Source: Macrostomum lignano | Taxonomy: Eukaryota | Length of the DNA: 64,000 nt | NCBI GenBank assembly: GCA_002269645.1 | Contig: NIVC01002206.1 | Location: forward strand, 1 to 64,000 | Reading direction: 5' to 3' | Shown: positions 1-12,508 of the stretch, one piece after another | How the letters are laid out: every line of letters begins with the position of its first letter | Numbering within the stretch: the stretch's first letter is position 1 | Notes under the pieces: model-generated | The model's input: only the letters and a program-made list of their open reading frames with translations | Told to the model about the DNA's origin: nothing | Databases searched by the model: none | Position numbers and translations under genes: made by a program

Positions 1-695
1 CGATATTCATAATGGGGTTTCTGTACACACCTGTATCCCAATCCCATAGACACCGATATTCATAATGGGGGTTTCTGTACACACCTGTATCCCAATCCCA
101 TAGACACTGATATTCATAATGGGGGTTTCTGTACACACTGTATCCAATCCCCATAGACACCGATATTCATAATGGGGTTTCTGTACACACCTGTATCCCA
201 ATCCCATAGACACCGATATTCATAATGGGGTTTCTGTACACACTGTATCCCAATCCCCATAGACCATATCATAATGGGGGTTTCTGTACACACCTGTATC
301 CCAATCCCCATAGACACCGATATTCATAATGGGGGTTTCTGTACACACCTGTATCCCAATCCCATAGACACCGATATTCATAATGGGGGTTTCTGTACAC
401 ACCTGTATCCAATCCCCATAGACACTGATATTCATAATGGGGGTTTCTGTACACACCTGTATCCCAATCCCCATAGACACCGATATTCATAAGGGGGGTT
501 TCTGTACACACCTGTATCCCAATCCCCATAGACACGATATTCATAATGGGGTTTCTGTACACACCTGTATCCCAATCCCCATAGACACCGATATTCATAA
601 TGGGGGTTTCTGTACACCTGTATCCAATCCCATAGACACCGATATTCATAATGGGGGTTTCTGTACACACCTGTATCCCAATCCCCATATACACG
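1..695. repeat. Minisatellite, ~53-55 bp unit (runs off window start)
   Basis: Tandem copies of GATATTCATAATGGGGGTTTCTGTACACACCTGTATCCCAATCCCCATAGACACC; overlapping ORFs are repeat translations. Confidence 0.95.
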
Positions 696-1827
696 ATATA
701 GTGGGATTTGTATCCCTATCCGGATTTCAATGCACCAATAATGATTTGCTATTTATGCATGCACATTTAACCATCCGGTCACAAATGCTTGTTGTCAGAT
801 TTTATATTCTACCTACCTGCTTGTTGTTTTGGTTTAAACTTCTCTGCCTAAACACCAATAGATGATGGAATTTGTATTTCAATTTAATGCCATAAATCGC
901 AAATCTGTCAGCTGTTCAATTGCTTCCTCTCTATTATGTTTTTCTGCTGCTATATACGATTGTTTATGTGCTTCTTTTCCTGGTCATTAGCATAGCCTGC
1001 TTAAATTTGCTAACAATAAAAATGGGAATATGCAACATCGAAATGCTATTTTAGCTTGCTCAATGCATGTATTTAATTCGACAAGTGCTTTTATAGTCTC
1101 CACAGAACGAACAGTTCTTCCATTTAATAAATATTGATCATTGATGTCAAATGCGTGCTCAAAAAGTGCACTTGTCACTTCCGTTTTCTCTGTCAACCGT
1201 TGGTCTTTCAATTCGTTGCAATTATATACTTTATGTAGTTTGTGCCTACTGATAGTAGGTACTGCTGGATACTCGTAGTAATAAAAATGTTTTTAGCACG
1301 TAAAATTGAAGTATTGCATAAATTTCTATCCTCCTCATCCATTATTCACCTCGTCAAACATTTATCTGCATGCTTTCTAAATATATCCATTTTCAATCCG
1401 AAGCTACATTGCAAAACGAAACACAGCTGTTATAATGACATTTTATTGTTTGACGACAGTTTGACGAAAATTATTTCGGATAAAATATTTTATTATACTT
1501 CGTCACTAGCACCCAAATTGATATCGACTTGAGAAGGATTAGTGAGTATTCTTAAAAAATCATATGTGAATAATTATGAAATCGTTAAAATACAGACTAG
1601 CTAGCTTGTTTGTTATAACGTTCTTTTTATACAGTTTAAAGTGCTTTTTCGATACATGTCGGCTGAAAAATTCGAAGTTGGACTAAGTTGAAGAATAGTA
1701 ATAAAAATAATATAACTCTTTGTTGCATTTGGTTCAGAATCCTATATACTAGAATATAGTCTAAAAATTAATGCCAAGTAAAACAGTTGTTTCGTTATTT
1801 TCGATTTGACCAGATTGTAAAAAATTT

Positions 1828-1900
1828 CGCCCGATGTGGGGCTCGAACCCACGACCCTGAGATTAAGAGTCTCATGCTCTACCGACTGAGCTAACCGGGC
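1828..1900 (-). tRNA. tRNA-Lys-CTT: tRNA-Lys (anticodon CTT)
   Basis: Minus strand reads GCCCGGTTAGCTCAGTCGGTAGAGCATGAGACTCTTAATCTCAGGGTCGTGGGTTCGAGCCCCACATCGGGCG: 73 nt, paired acceptor stem, A and B boxes, anticodon loop CT-CTT-AA; T6 Pol III terminator at 1824-1819. Confidence 0.97.
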
Positions 1901-2040
1901 TTGTAAGCTAACGGAAATTTGTTATTATTTATATTACATTGTAGCAGACGTCGATATGCACTGCCACTACTATAATTATTATATTAATTAACTCAATTTG
2001 TCAAACTTTTTAACTCACTGTAATTTAATTTTTTCAGCAA

Positions 2041-3807
2041 ATGGCAAGCGAAAAAAAATTACCCAGTGCTGCCACAATGGCTGCTATAAATTTTGCATCC
2101 GGCGGTTTCGCTGGTTTTGTGGAAGTTTGTATTATGCATCCGGTTGATCTTGTTAAAACAAGATATCAGGTCTATCCAGATACAAATGCTAGTATTGTGA
2201 CGTGCTTTCGAGACATGTACAGAGCTGAAGGGTAATTCCATTGTTTTTTGTATTCTAATTTGGCGTGTCTTGTAGTGTTTCATTAAAGTAGTTCTTTTCA
2301 CTTGTGTAAACTATAATACCAATGACGTACACCACAATTTTAGATTTCTTTCCTATTACAAGGGTATTTTGCCGCCACTTTTGGCGGAAACGCCGAAGCG
2401 TGCTGTCAAGTTTTTTACATTCGAAGAGTACAAGCGACTATTCAAGGCTCTTCCTATTTCATCCGCTTTGGTAATGCTTTTATCTAATACCTGACTTAAT
2501 TTCTTGCATTTTCTGGTTTTGCTACTTACAGTAGAAACATAATAATTTTTAGGTCTATTCTGGAGCGGGCTTTATGTCCGGCTTTACCGAAGCATTTGTG
2601 ATCAATCCGTTTGAAAGAGTTAAGGTTTTGCTTCAGTCGCAGAAGCAACAGTATGCATTGGTGAGTGAGTTTAAATAATAGAAACTAAATATACATTTAT
2701 TGTATAATGAACTTTTTCCTATCGGTTTTTACCCGATATGTATAGAAAAAATCTTTTTAACAGTAAAATCAGTTCGTAATAAAATTAGGCCTGAGTTTTG
2801 ACCTCATTGACTACTTTAGGCACATTAACACCTGTTAATTTGTTTAGCAAATTAATAATCAATTCTCCTACAGCAAGACTCCACCTGGTCAACGGTGCGC
2901 AAAATCGTTCGCACAGATGGCTTGGGCCTTCGTGGCCTCAACTTGGGCCTGACGGCCACCATAGGCCGGCACGCGGTGTTCAACTGCTTCTATTTCGGCA
3001 TATATTTCACCGGCTTAGAGGCCACGCAAGCCAGCGCGCTGCCCGGCCGACTGGACATTGCGCGCAAATTTCTCATCGGCTTCAGCGCCGGGACGCTGGC
3101 CTCCTGCATCAATATACCGTTCGACGTGGCCAAATCGCGTATCCAGGGGCCACAGGGCAAGACTAAGTATAGGGCCTGCTTCCAGACCATCGGGCTGGTC
3201 TATCGCGAAGAGGGGTGAGCGAGTTTGTTATCAGTCTCATACACACGCTCACACAGGGTGTACAGTGGCCCTTGCTTTCTAATCGTCAAACATGCACACT
3301 CTGTCTTGGGGGGGGGGGGGTCGGTCCTCATGGCTGTGAATCGCACAACAACCCCCTGCACAATTTCCGTGCACACAAGCCCCAAATGGATGCGGCCGCG
3401 CACGGAATCGAACCAGGGGATCTGTGACACTAAGCTGGATACACAGACACAGGCCCACAGTCAACGGCCCCTTTACTGTACTGTTCGCGTGTGCAAATAA
3501 AAATTATTTTGAATAACAGAAAATGTCAGGAATCGAGCATACGACCTCTGCCACTTAAAAACGATGCGATACCGCTCCGCCACATCCTCCCCCGCCTGTA
3601 TCAAATACCTACTATCGCTTTTATTATAAAGAATCAATTTTCCTTTTTCGATACATATCGGCATACATGCAAATCGCTAATTCCCACAGCTGGCGAGCCC
3701 TGTACCGCGGCCTAATACCCAAGATTATTCGCCTGGGTCCTGGCGGCGCCATCATGCTGCTAGTGTTCGAGTACACATCCGCCTATCTGACTAGCAGGAT
3801 TATGTAG
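2041..3807 (+). CDS. SLC25A21: Mitochondrial 2-oxodicarboxylate (2-oxoadipate/2-oxoglutarate) carrier, 294 aa, 5 exons
   Basis: Exons 2041-2231, 2344-2470, 2553-2660, 2874-3214, 3690-3807; all GT-AG and frame-consistent (885 nt). Three carrier signatures PVDLVKTR, PFERVKV, PFDVAKSR; ODC-typical YKGILPPLLAETPKRAVKFFTFE and RLGPGGAIMLLVFE. Confidence 0.93.
3238..3478 (-). mobile_element. tRNA-derived SINE-like element, copy 1 (SLC25A21 intron 4)
   Basis: Minus-strand B box GGTTCGATTCC; body CACACGCTCACACAGGGTGTACAG..GGCCCT..CTTTCTAATC shared with copies at ~4181, ~24660 and ~56835. Confidence 0.7.
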
Positions 3808-4180
3808 ATGTCGTGCTAATTATCTATAGAGATTAAGCAGACTCTAACTGAGCCAACAGCATTAACCAGTCTGCTGAAATTATACACTTAAATTATTATT
3901 CAAATACTTAATTCTGCCTGTATTAGGTACTGCGCTGATTCTGAACTAAAAAATGATTTAATGCGTTTTACCGTATGTACGTGCTTGCACTACTAATAGT
4001 AAAATGCTTATCTCAGTCATTAGATATTTTGTTATTTTTTGTCTGTAGCGAAGCAAATCTTCCAATATAGTCAGCAAAATCTGCTATTTTAACAACTAGA
4101 ATAATTGTCAAAGTTTATTAAGCTCTTGCACAATGCAGTCTTGTCGGATTTCGAGTATTTTGTCTTCCTTGATTTCGTTG

Positions 4181-4275
4181 GCACATGCTCACGCAGGGTG
4201 TACAGCGGGCCCTGACTTTGTAATCGTCGGCCTTGGGGGGTGGTTGGCCATCATATGTGTGAATTGCACGGGCCT
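4181..4275 (-). mobile_element. SINE-like element, truncated copy 2
   Basis: GCACATGCTCACGCAGGGTGTACAGCGGGCCCTGACTTTGTAATCGTC matches the copy 1 body; head missing. Confidence 0.6.
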
Positions 4276-5192
4276 CCTTACATGTAGCTCGTATGTCGTA
4301 TTATGGTTATGCAAGTAATGTACTGCAGACAAACTGTTTAATGCACCCGAAAGTGACAGCGCAAACATACCAAAGGTGTTCAAAACTTTTCTATACATTT
4401 GCCAAATTTACATAAACAGCAAGTTTTCGGTCCTTTCAGAGGATGCGATGACCTTTTTGAGCTTCAAAACTATGCATAAAGCAGGGATATCTATTCTAAA
4501 TACGACTGGGCCAGACTGTCACCGCGCATGCACATGTTAAAAGCGGGAACGCCAAGCCATCTTGCCGCCAGTCGAACTACCAAAAGGGGGAATTCCCCCC
4601 CCCTCAAATATTTTTTGCTGCGCCGGAACAAAGCAACGCAGGCACAGGAAATCCAAGAGCACTGGCTAACTTTTTATTGCGCACCTTCTTAAACAAGAAT
4701 CAAGTCGCCAGCCCTCCTGGTGTTATCCGTTGAAGGAGCCGCGATTGCGTCTAAATGGTGACCGAATGCTTGAGAGAGTATAGCTGAAGATGTCCAGCAG
4801 CAGTTGATGAGGCTTGCTCACTGTCGATCGGCTTGATTAGCGAAACGACACTGTAAAGAAATTTGCAACATGATGTCCATAGTCACCTGTTGAAGGTCCA
4901 GAAGCTCCGCCTGGGTAAATGCCAGATTGCCAGTGACCATACAAAGTCAGAGCTGATCCAGATACATGCGGTCGACGTGCTGATGAAAGCTTGGCAAGGC
5001 TGCACTGAGGCGCAGTGCTGATTGGCGCACCGGGGTGTATTGAATACACTGGCGCTTATGGGGAAATCCGACGTGGTAGAATTGTTACATGTATATGTAG
5101 ACGGTCCGGAGGGCTGCCGACTTGATTCTTGTTTGAGAAGGTGCGCATAGTCTCCCAGACTCGCACTAAACTCGATTTCACTATACATTCCT

Positions 5193-5622
5193 CAAGGACC
5201 ACTAGAAGAAGAAGGACGGGACACTTCGTTTCTTGGAAAATTTATTAAAGGCTGATTTTCACGGAAAAATGCACTAGCGAGATAGGAACTTTTCACATTC
5301 GATTAAACAGATATTGTAAAATTCAAGTTAGTCACTAGTTAGCTTTAGACTATAATTGCTGCATGATATAGCTAGTAACTAAAATAATATGAAGATCAAT
5401 TATTCACGAAAAAAATCTTATAAAATCCGTCGAAGCAACATGTTTTGTAAGTTATATCAACAGAAGAGCTTTGTATCTGCTTTCAATAAAAAGCTATCAC
5501 CATTTTAAAGTGAAAAATGTGAAAAGTTCCTATCTCGCTAGTGTATTTTTCCGTGAAAATCAGCCTTTAATAAATTTTCCAAGAAACGAAGTGTCCCGTC
5601 CCTCTTCTTCTAGTGGTCCTTG
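5193..5622. mobile_element. Non-autonomous DNA transposon (MITE), 430 bp, ~107-bp TIRs, 8-bp TSD (hAT- or P-like)
   Basis: 5193-5299 and 5516-5622 are inverted repeats (CAAGGACCACTAGAAGAAG...) with ~2 mismatches; flanks ACATTCCT / ACATTCTT. Confidence 0.9.
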
Positions 5623-6562
5623 ACATTCTTGCGCTCGTATAATTCCTAGAGGTCGCGAATGCTTTCTAGAAGCGGAAAATCAAGCAACTATTTGCACTGC
5701 AACCCACACACGAATTTTTACAAGCATGTACTGCGTAGGGCCAACCTATTTAGGAACATTTATCCTGAACTGCACTCGAATTTATCACGAAAAACTGCAA
5801 CAACTGGCCTAGGGGAAAGGGTGACACTTTTAGCACCCTCGCCCTGTCGGGTTGAGCATGCAAAATTTGCTGTTGGCCTGTCAGAAATAATAGCTGGCGA
5901 AATGAATAATGAAAAGCATCTCTGATTTTGGTTTCTGCGACGCGTGAGTCACCGCAAGCTTGACTGAGTTTCTTCCTGCCTAGTGATTAATGCGAGCTCT
6001 GCATGTGGGTCGCGTGTGGCGAACAATTTCAAGCTCAGCTACAGTCAGTCTGTCGTAGCTGTTGTTAGTCGCGATGATGACTGTTCTGGTGGCTCCCCTC
6101 CGGTCCAATTATTTAGCAGTAGCGATGGCTGCTTTCGGTATAGCAACCCCGCTTAGTCTCACAGCGATTTCACTTTCTCTACTTTCGACTCAGTAATTCC
6201 CGCTATACGAAAAGGCCCTCGGTGGTTCCGGTGATTAAAAACTGCCTTTTTGGAAATCATCGTTTGCGGGTGCGTGCGCTCTCGATCTGCGCCTATTTAA
6301 CTCAGTTGCGACTGGTCTCTTGAGCGATTACTGTGTGCAGAAAATAACAACCGTAGCTACTGGCGTAACATTTTTGCTGAAGACACCGCGCACTTGAGTA
6401 AGTCTGTTACTGGATTTGATTTGCAATTCTGTCTGTGTTTCATCAAACAAATTTTCTTAGCACCCTTCCGAGGGTGGGCTAGCGTATTCACCGCCAGTGT
6501 GAGCAAGTTAAGCAGAATCGACCCTGGTTAGTAGTAAGCATCTCTGAATAGGCTTAAGTCAG

Positions 6563-7577
6563 GAAAGCCTGCTTGAAAGGGGGAACCAAGCCTGCTGGAA
6601 GGGGGGAACCAAGCCTGCTGGAAAGGGGAACCAAGCCTGCTGGAAGGGGGGGGAACCAAGCCTGCTGGAAGGGGGGAACCAAGCCTGCTGGAAAGGGGGG
6701 ACCAAGCCTGCTGGAAAGGGGGACCAAGCCTGCTGGAAGGGGGGGAACCAAGCCTGCTGGAAAGGGGGGACCAAGCCTGCTGGAAAGGGGGGGGAACCAA
6801 GCCTGCTGAAAGGGGGGAACCAAGCCTGCTGGAAGGGGGGACCAAGCCTGCTGGAAAGGGGGGAACCAAGCCTGCTGGAAAGGGGGACCAAGCCTGCTGG
6901 AAGGGGGAACCAAGCCTGCTGGAAAGGGGGACCAAGCCTGCTGGAAAGGGGGGACCAAGCCTGCTGGAAAGGGGGGAACCAAGCCTGTTGGAAGGGGGAA
7001 CCAAGCCTGCTGGAAGGGGGAACCAAGCCTGCTGGAAGGGGGACCAAGCCTGCTGGAAAGGGGGACCAAGCCTGCTGGAAGGGGGACCAAGCCTGCTGGA
7101 AGGGGGGAACCAAGCCTGCTGGAAGGGGGACCAAGCCTGCTGGAAGGGGGGGGGACCAAGCCTGCTGGAAAGGGGGGAACCAAGCCTGCTGGAAAGGGGG
7201 ACCAAGCCTGCTGGAAGGGGGGAACCAAGCCTGCTGGAAAGGGGGAACCAAGCCTGCTGGAAAGGGGGGACCAAGCCTGCTGGAAAGGGGGGGGAACCAA
7301 GCCTGCTGGAAAGGGGGACCAAGCCTGCTGGAAGGGGGACCAAGCCTGCTGGAAGGGGGGGAACCAAGCCTGCTGGAAAGGGGGACCAAGCCTGCTAGAA
7401 GGGGGGGAACCAAGCCTGCTGGAAGGGGGGGGGAACCAAGCCTGCTGGAAGGGGGGAACCAAGCCTGCTGGAAAGGGGGACCAAGCCTGCTGGAAAGGGG
7501 GGACCAAGCCTGCTGGAAGGGGGAACCAAGCCTGCTGGAAAGGGGGGGGACCAAGCCTGCTGGAAAGGGGGGACCAC
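6563..7577. repeat. G-rich minisatellite, 22-26 bp unit
   Basis: Tandem (A)ACCAAGCCTGCTGGAA(A)G5-9; probably within a 5' UTR intron (GTAAGT at 6398, CAG at 7692-7694). Confidence 0.95.
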
Positions 7578-7702
7578 ATGCTTTGCTAGCCGATTGGGGG
7601 GGGGCATCGAAGTAACTTTGATGTTGTGTTTGCTTGCGTAAAAGCATTCCGCACGGGCGCGCTATCTTACGACGAGAACATGTCACTGCTTCAGGCATCC
7701 GC

Positions 7703-9924
7703 ATGGCTCCAATCCGCATGCTGCCGCTGCTTCTGGCGACCCTGTCGGCTCTGACTTGGACAGCCTCTGCCGCTGCCTACCGGGAGCAGCGCTACCAGTG
7801 CCCGCAGCTGAGCACAGAGAACTGCACCGCCGACAATGGCCTGGCCTTCTTCGACGGCTGCACAACTGTCGCCTGCATCGGCTGGCGCTCGGCCGTGAGG
7901 GAGCCGACTTACTGCCGGCCGGCTGTCACCGCCGCGGAGCTGAGTCGCTGCCGTCAGCTCAACAACCGGCTTGAAATCATTCAGAGCCGGGCGCAGGGCG
8001 CCGCTTTACCGGACGTCCTGGTCAACTGTCCGCAGTTCTCTGGCGTTGATATCTGTTCCACCGCCGATCAGTTCTTCACCTTCAACGACGGCTGCAATGT
8101 GCACCTGTGCGACGGCTCCGGCGGCACGTTCGAGCGAAGTCGGAACCAATGCCCGGAGGCCCGCACGCCGGAGCAACTATTCTTCTGCAAGGTCACCTTC
8201 AACTCAGTGGTTCGGGCCCACGCCACGCGGCACGCCTGCCGAGCTCAGGTGAGAGTTTACAGTTCTGGCTTCCAGACCGGAACTCCCCAAATTTTCCAAA
8301 ACTTCTATATAGAACTTCTATTCGAAATGCAATTAGATCAAATATGCTAATTGACCAAGATTGATTCTGAAGCTTCTCTAGATATTGTGTTCTCTCAAAT
8401 CGGATTTCTCAAAATGGAAGCATGCTAAGGCTTGATTTCTTTGATAGAGGGGTTGTTCAAGTTTAGTTCGTCTTAAATCCTTTACCTAATCATTTGAGCA
8501 AACTTCTTCAGTTTTCTTTAAACTTTTCTAACAGCCTTCAGTCCCAGAAAAAAATGTAAAGACGATTTCTTTCTCTCAAACCACACTCTGCTGATTGTAA
8601 TCTTACACTGGTCATGTAAAGGCATCACAAATCTTTCGCTGACACAGCTGAATAAAAAGGTAACTTAATACTCGTTTCAGCTACTGACAAATTTGCGCAT
8701 TAACTACTGAAATCTAGCTGAAATCACCGCTTCCTGGAAAGCTTCCCATAGACGCATTCTTATTTGATTCTGCGAGCAGAATTGCTTTTGTCTATGGCAA
8801 AATCTCCGTTAGGTCTAATGCATCATAGGTGCGGGATTGAAATATATTTTTAGAAATTGAAGACAACAAAAATAAAGAGCAGGGTTGATTTTGTCTATGG
8901 TTGAACTTTATGTTCTATGATTAGGATAGAATAGAAGGATAGAAGGATTAGGATAGAAATTCATGAACGCTATAACGAGTGCGTCATTGGCAAAAGCACG
9001 AAAGCGCTTCTCAAAATCTCAAAAGTTTTTGAGTAGCCCTTGTGGTTTAGCTGGGTGCCACTAAGTAGTCTACTAATGTATATAAGATCTATGGTATTAT
9101 GTATTGTTCCCTTCTGTCTATGATTCAATGCAAGGATTTCCCGGCAGCAAATTTATTAGTTTAAAGCCAAAAGCACCAACTGTTAATAGCCGGCAAACAA
9201 TAAAATTCACTCGATTTGCCTTTAGTCCTCCTGCTTTAATTGCTTAGTCCTGAAATCTCTTTCGATCACCGAACCCTCCACTACTCAGGCCGAGAACGCT
9301 GAGCGCATCTGCGAGGTCACGTGGCCCGGCTACCAGTTCAGTGACGCCTGTTACGGCGGCAATCACTTCATCTGCGGCCCGGGGAAAAACCTGCTGACCC
9401 GGCCGCCGACAGGCCAGTGCCCGCTCGAGAGCGCCTCCGAGAGCATCAAGTGCCGCGAGGTAGCCGCCGAGGTTGCCGAACTGCTAGCTCCGGATCGCGG
9501 CTACACCTGCCCGGAGCTGCATCGCTCCTCGGTGTGCACAGCTGAGAATAGCGGCTTCGTCTATAACGACGGCTGCAACCTGGTGCTGTGCGAAGGCCCC
9601 AGCGCCGGCCTCAGCGAGGGCCGCACCTGCAAGCTGCCGCTCAAAGAGTCCAACCCAGCTGGCAGCGAGTTCTGCCGCCGGCGGGCCGCCGAGGTGCGCC
9701 GCGAATTGGCCGCCGGGCGCCGACACAACGGCCCCTGCGTCACCGCTGCGGAGGCCTGCCCCGGCCCGGCGGCCGAGGGAGTCAGCTACTTCGACGGCTG
9801 CAACTATTGCACCTGTCTGGGCGCGGCCAGGTCGAAGTGCACCCGGCGGAAGTGCCTCGGCTTCTTCGGCACCGATGCGGAGTTCTCCGCCTACTGCGCC
9901 ACCGTTGCTAGGCGATTGGACTGA
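7703..9924 (+). CDS. Secreted Cys-rich protein, 393 aa, five ~70-aa pacifastin-related repeats (last one near-canonical, predicted P1 Arg)
   Basis: Exons 7703-8248 and 9289-9924 (phase 0, GTGAGA / CTCAG). Signal peptide MAPIRMLPLLLATLSALTWTASA. Repeated D-G-C-N motif; C-terminal C-x13-CNYCTC-LG-AARSK-CTRRKC. High GC3. Confidence 0.85.
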
Positions 9925-9934
9925 TGCGATCCTT

Positions 9935-9947
9935 GTTGCCTAGCAAC
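9935..9947. promoter_or_regulatory. RFX X-box-like palindrome GTTGCCTAGCAAC
   Basis: Matches the RFX consensus; lies just 3' of the Cys-rich gene stop, target unknown. Confidence 0.35.
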
Positions 9948-10164
9948 CGTTCAATTTACTGTTTACTGACTAATTGGTTAAATTTGCGATGAATATCTAA
10001 CAAGCTGAGAAGCTTCATCAAATGGAAAGCAGTCGAAAGAAATACAGCAAATGCTACGTGTTAACTTTGCTATTCTAGTTGATGAAGTAGCATACTAAAA
10101 TCGCATTTGAGGCCTACTATTATTAGTATTGATTATTAAAAGTATAATGAGTCTTGTATGGCGG

Positions 10165-10540
<376 letters not shown>

Positions 10541-10541
10541 G

Positions 10542-10884
10542 GCTTACCGCGCCCATTGGCTTTCCAGCTGCCTTAATCGTTTCCGGTGATCTTGTGTGCG
10601 TGCATTCAGCTTGATTGGCTGCGGCAAGCCAATCTACCATCTACCATTGATCTACCATCTATTGCCAGGACCTGCACCGGAGCGGTTACGAAAATTAGAT
10701 TTCTCGGTAGTTGCTCGCACTCTTTTGCACTACTTGAGTAGTCTGATTTTCGTTCGGCATGGCTGGTTCCAGCAGGTAGTTCCTCTGGATAAAAGCGCTT
10801 ACCGCGCCCATTGGCTTTCCAGCTGCCTTAATCGTTTCCGGTGATCTTGTGTGCGTGCTTTCAGCTTGATTGGCTGCGGCAAGC
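10542..10884. repeat. 88-bp direct repeat (10542-10629 and 10797-10884)
   Basis: GCTTACCGCGCCCATTGGC...GATTGGCTGCGGCAAGC present twice with one substitution. Confidence 0.9.
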
Positions 10885-11239
10885 TGCGCTCTTTCTCGCT
10901 ATCTACTATCTATCTACCTATGTACCTATGTACCTATCTACCTATCTAATCTATAATTACTGTGAGTCGCATTGAGAACATTAGATTTAGTGCTGCTCAG
11001 ACAGGCAGAATCTCACAGCAGAATTACTTACCTTGCATCGCCAGTTTCCGCCGTTTCACATTGAATTATTTATTTTCCGACTAGCAATCAGCCAGAGAGC
11101 CGGTGGATTCAGTCTCGAGAGAATTACTCAGACTGCGCGCTGCGATTTCTAAAGGATTGAATTATTGATCTGAATTGGTGGATACGCAGTTTAAAATTTT
11201 AGCGCATGATTTTAGCTACGTTCCGTGTTTCTATGGGAG

Positions 11240-12200
11240 GGTGGAAACCGTAGGGGAGGGTGGGCACCGTAGGGGAGGGTTGAAAACCGTAGGGGAGGGT
11301 GGGCAACGTAGGGGAGGGGGGAACCGTAGGGGAGGTTGGGAACCGTAGGGGAGGGTGGGAACCGTAGGGGGGGGTGGGCACCGTAGGGGAGGGTAGGCAC
11401 CGTAGGGGAGGGGGGAACCGTAGGGGAGGGTGGGAACCGTAGGGGGGGTGGGCACCGTAGGGGAGGGTGGGCACCGTAGGGGAGGGGGAACCGTAGGGGA
11501 GGGTGGGAACCGTAGAGGAGGGTGGGAACCGTAGGGGAGGGGGAACCGTAGGGGAGGGTGGGAACCGTAGAGGAGGGTGGGAACCGTAGGGGAGGGGGAA
11601 CCGTAGGGGAGGGGGGAACCGTAGGGGAGGGTGGGAACCGTAGGGGAGGGTGGGAACCGTAGGGGAGGGTGGGAACTGTAGGGGAGGGGGAACCGTAGGG
11701 AGGGTGGGAACCGTAGGGGAGGTTGGGAACCGTAGGGAGGGTGGGAACCGTAGGGGAGGGTGGGAACTGTAGGGGAGGGGGGAACCGTAGGGGAGGGTGG
11801 GAACTGTAGGGGAGGGGGGAACCGTAGGGGAGGGTGGGAACCGTAGGGGAGGTTGGGAACCGTAGGGGAGGGTGGGAACCGTAGGGGAGGGTGGGAACCG
11901 TAGGGGAGGGGGGAACCGTAGGGGAGGTTGGGAACTGTAGGGGAGGGTGGGCACCGTAGGGGAGGGTGGGCACCGTAGGGGAGGGGGAACCGTAGGGGAG
12001 GGTGGGAACCGTAGGGGAGATTGGGAACCGTAGGGGAGGGTGGGCACCGTAGGGGAGGGTGGGCACCGTAGGGGAGGGGGAACCGTAGGGAGGGTGGGCA
12101 CCGTAGAGGAGGGTGGGAACCGTAGGGGAGGGTGGGCACCGTAGGGGAGGGGGGAAACGTAGGGGAGGGTCGGAACCGTAGCGGAGGGTGGGCACCGTAG
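11240..12200. repeat. G-rich minisatellite, 19-20 bp unit
   Basis: Tandem CCGTAGGGGAGGGTGGGAA variants. Confidence 0.95.
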
Positions 12201-12508
12201 GAGAGTAGCCACTTCTGCATGTACTACTAAGGTAAGCATAAAATTACCAAAGTACTCTTTACAAGCTTTTTCTATTTCCTCATAGTTCACAAAATCAACT
12301 CAAATGCACTCAGCATAGCAACCAACAAAAAAATTTAAACTGGTAATTTAAACTGTTGACAGATTTAATTTATTATTTTTAACAAGCCGTGGTCTGACCG
12401 GTCATTAGACACCGGCTACCCGTGAATCATAATCCTACCCATAATTTATACATTTAACCGTTTAGTTAATACGGCCGGCGTTTAAAATTATCAGAATTTT
12501 ATGCTTCA

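Noticed and set aside
987-1211. Minus-strand 74-aa ORF faintly like the ERF4/CHIC domain (LNGR..E..LN.CI...CC)
   Set aside because: Short, with no splice-consistent continuation and many stops downstream in frame; the similarity is from memory only and would need an HMM search.
4587-4598. GGGGAATTCCCC NF-kB-like palindrome
   Set aside because: G-run/C-run palindromes are typical of local MITE interiors and there is no promoter context.
4837-5188. Minus-strand ORFs next to the MITE
   Set aside because: No recognisable domain; removing the MITE does not give a longer ORF.
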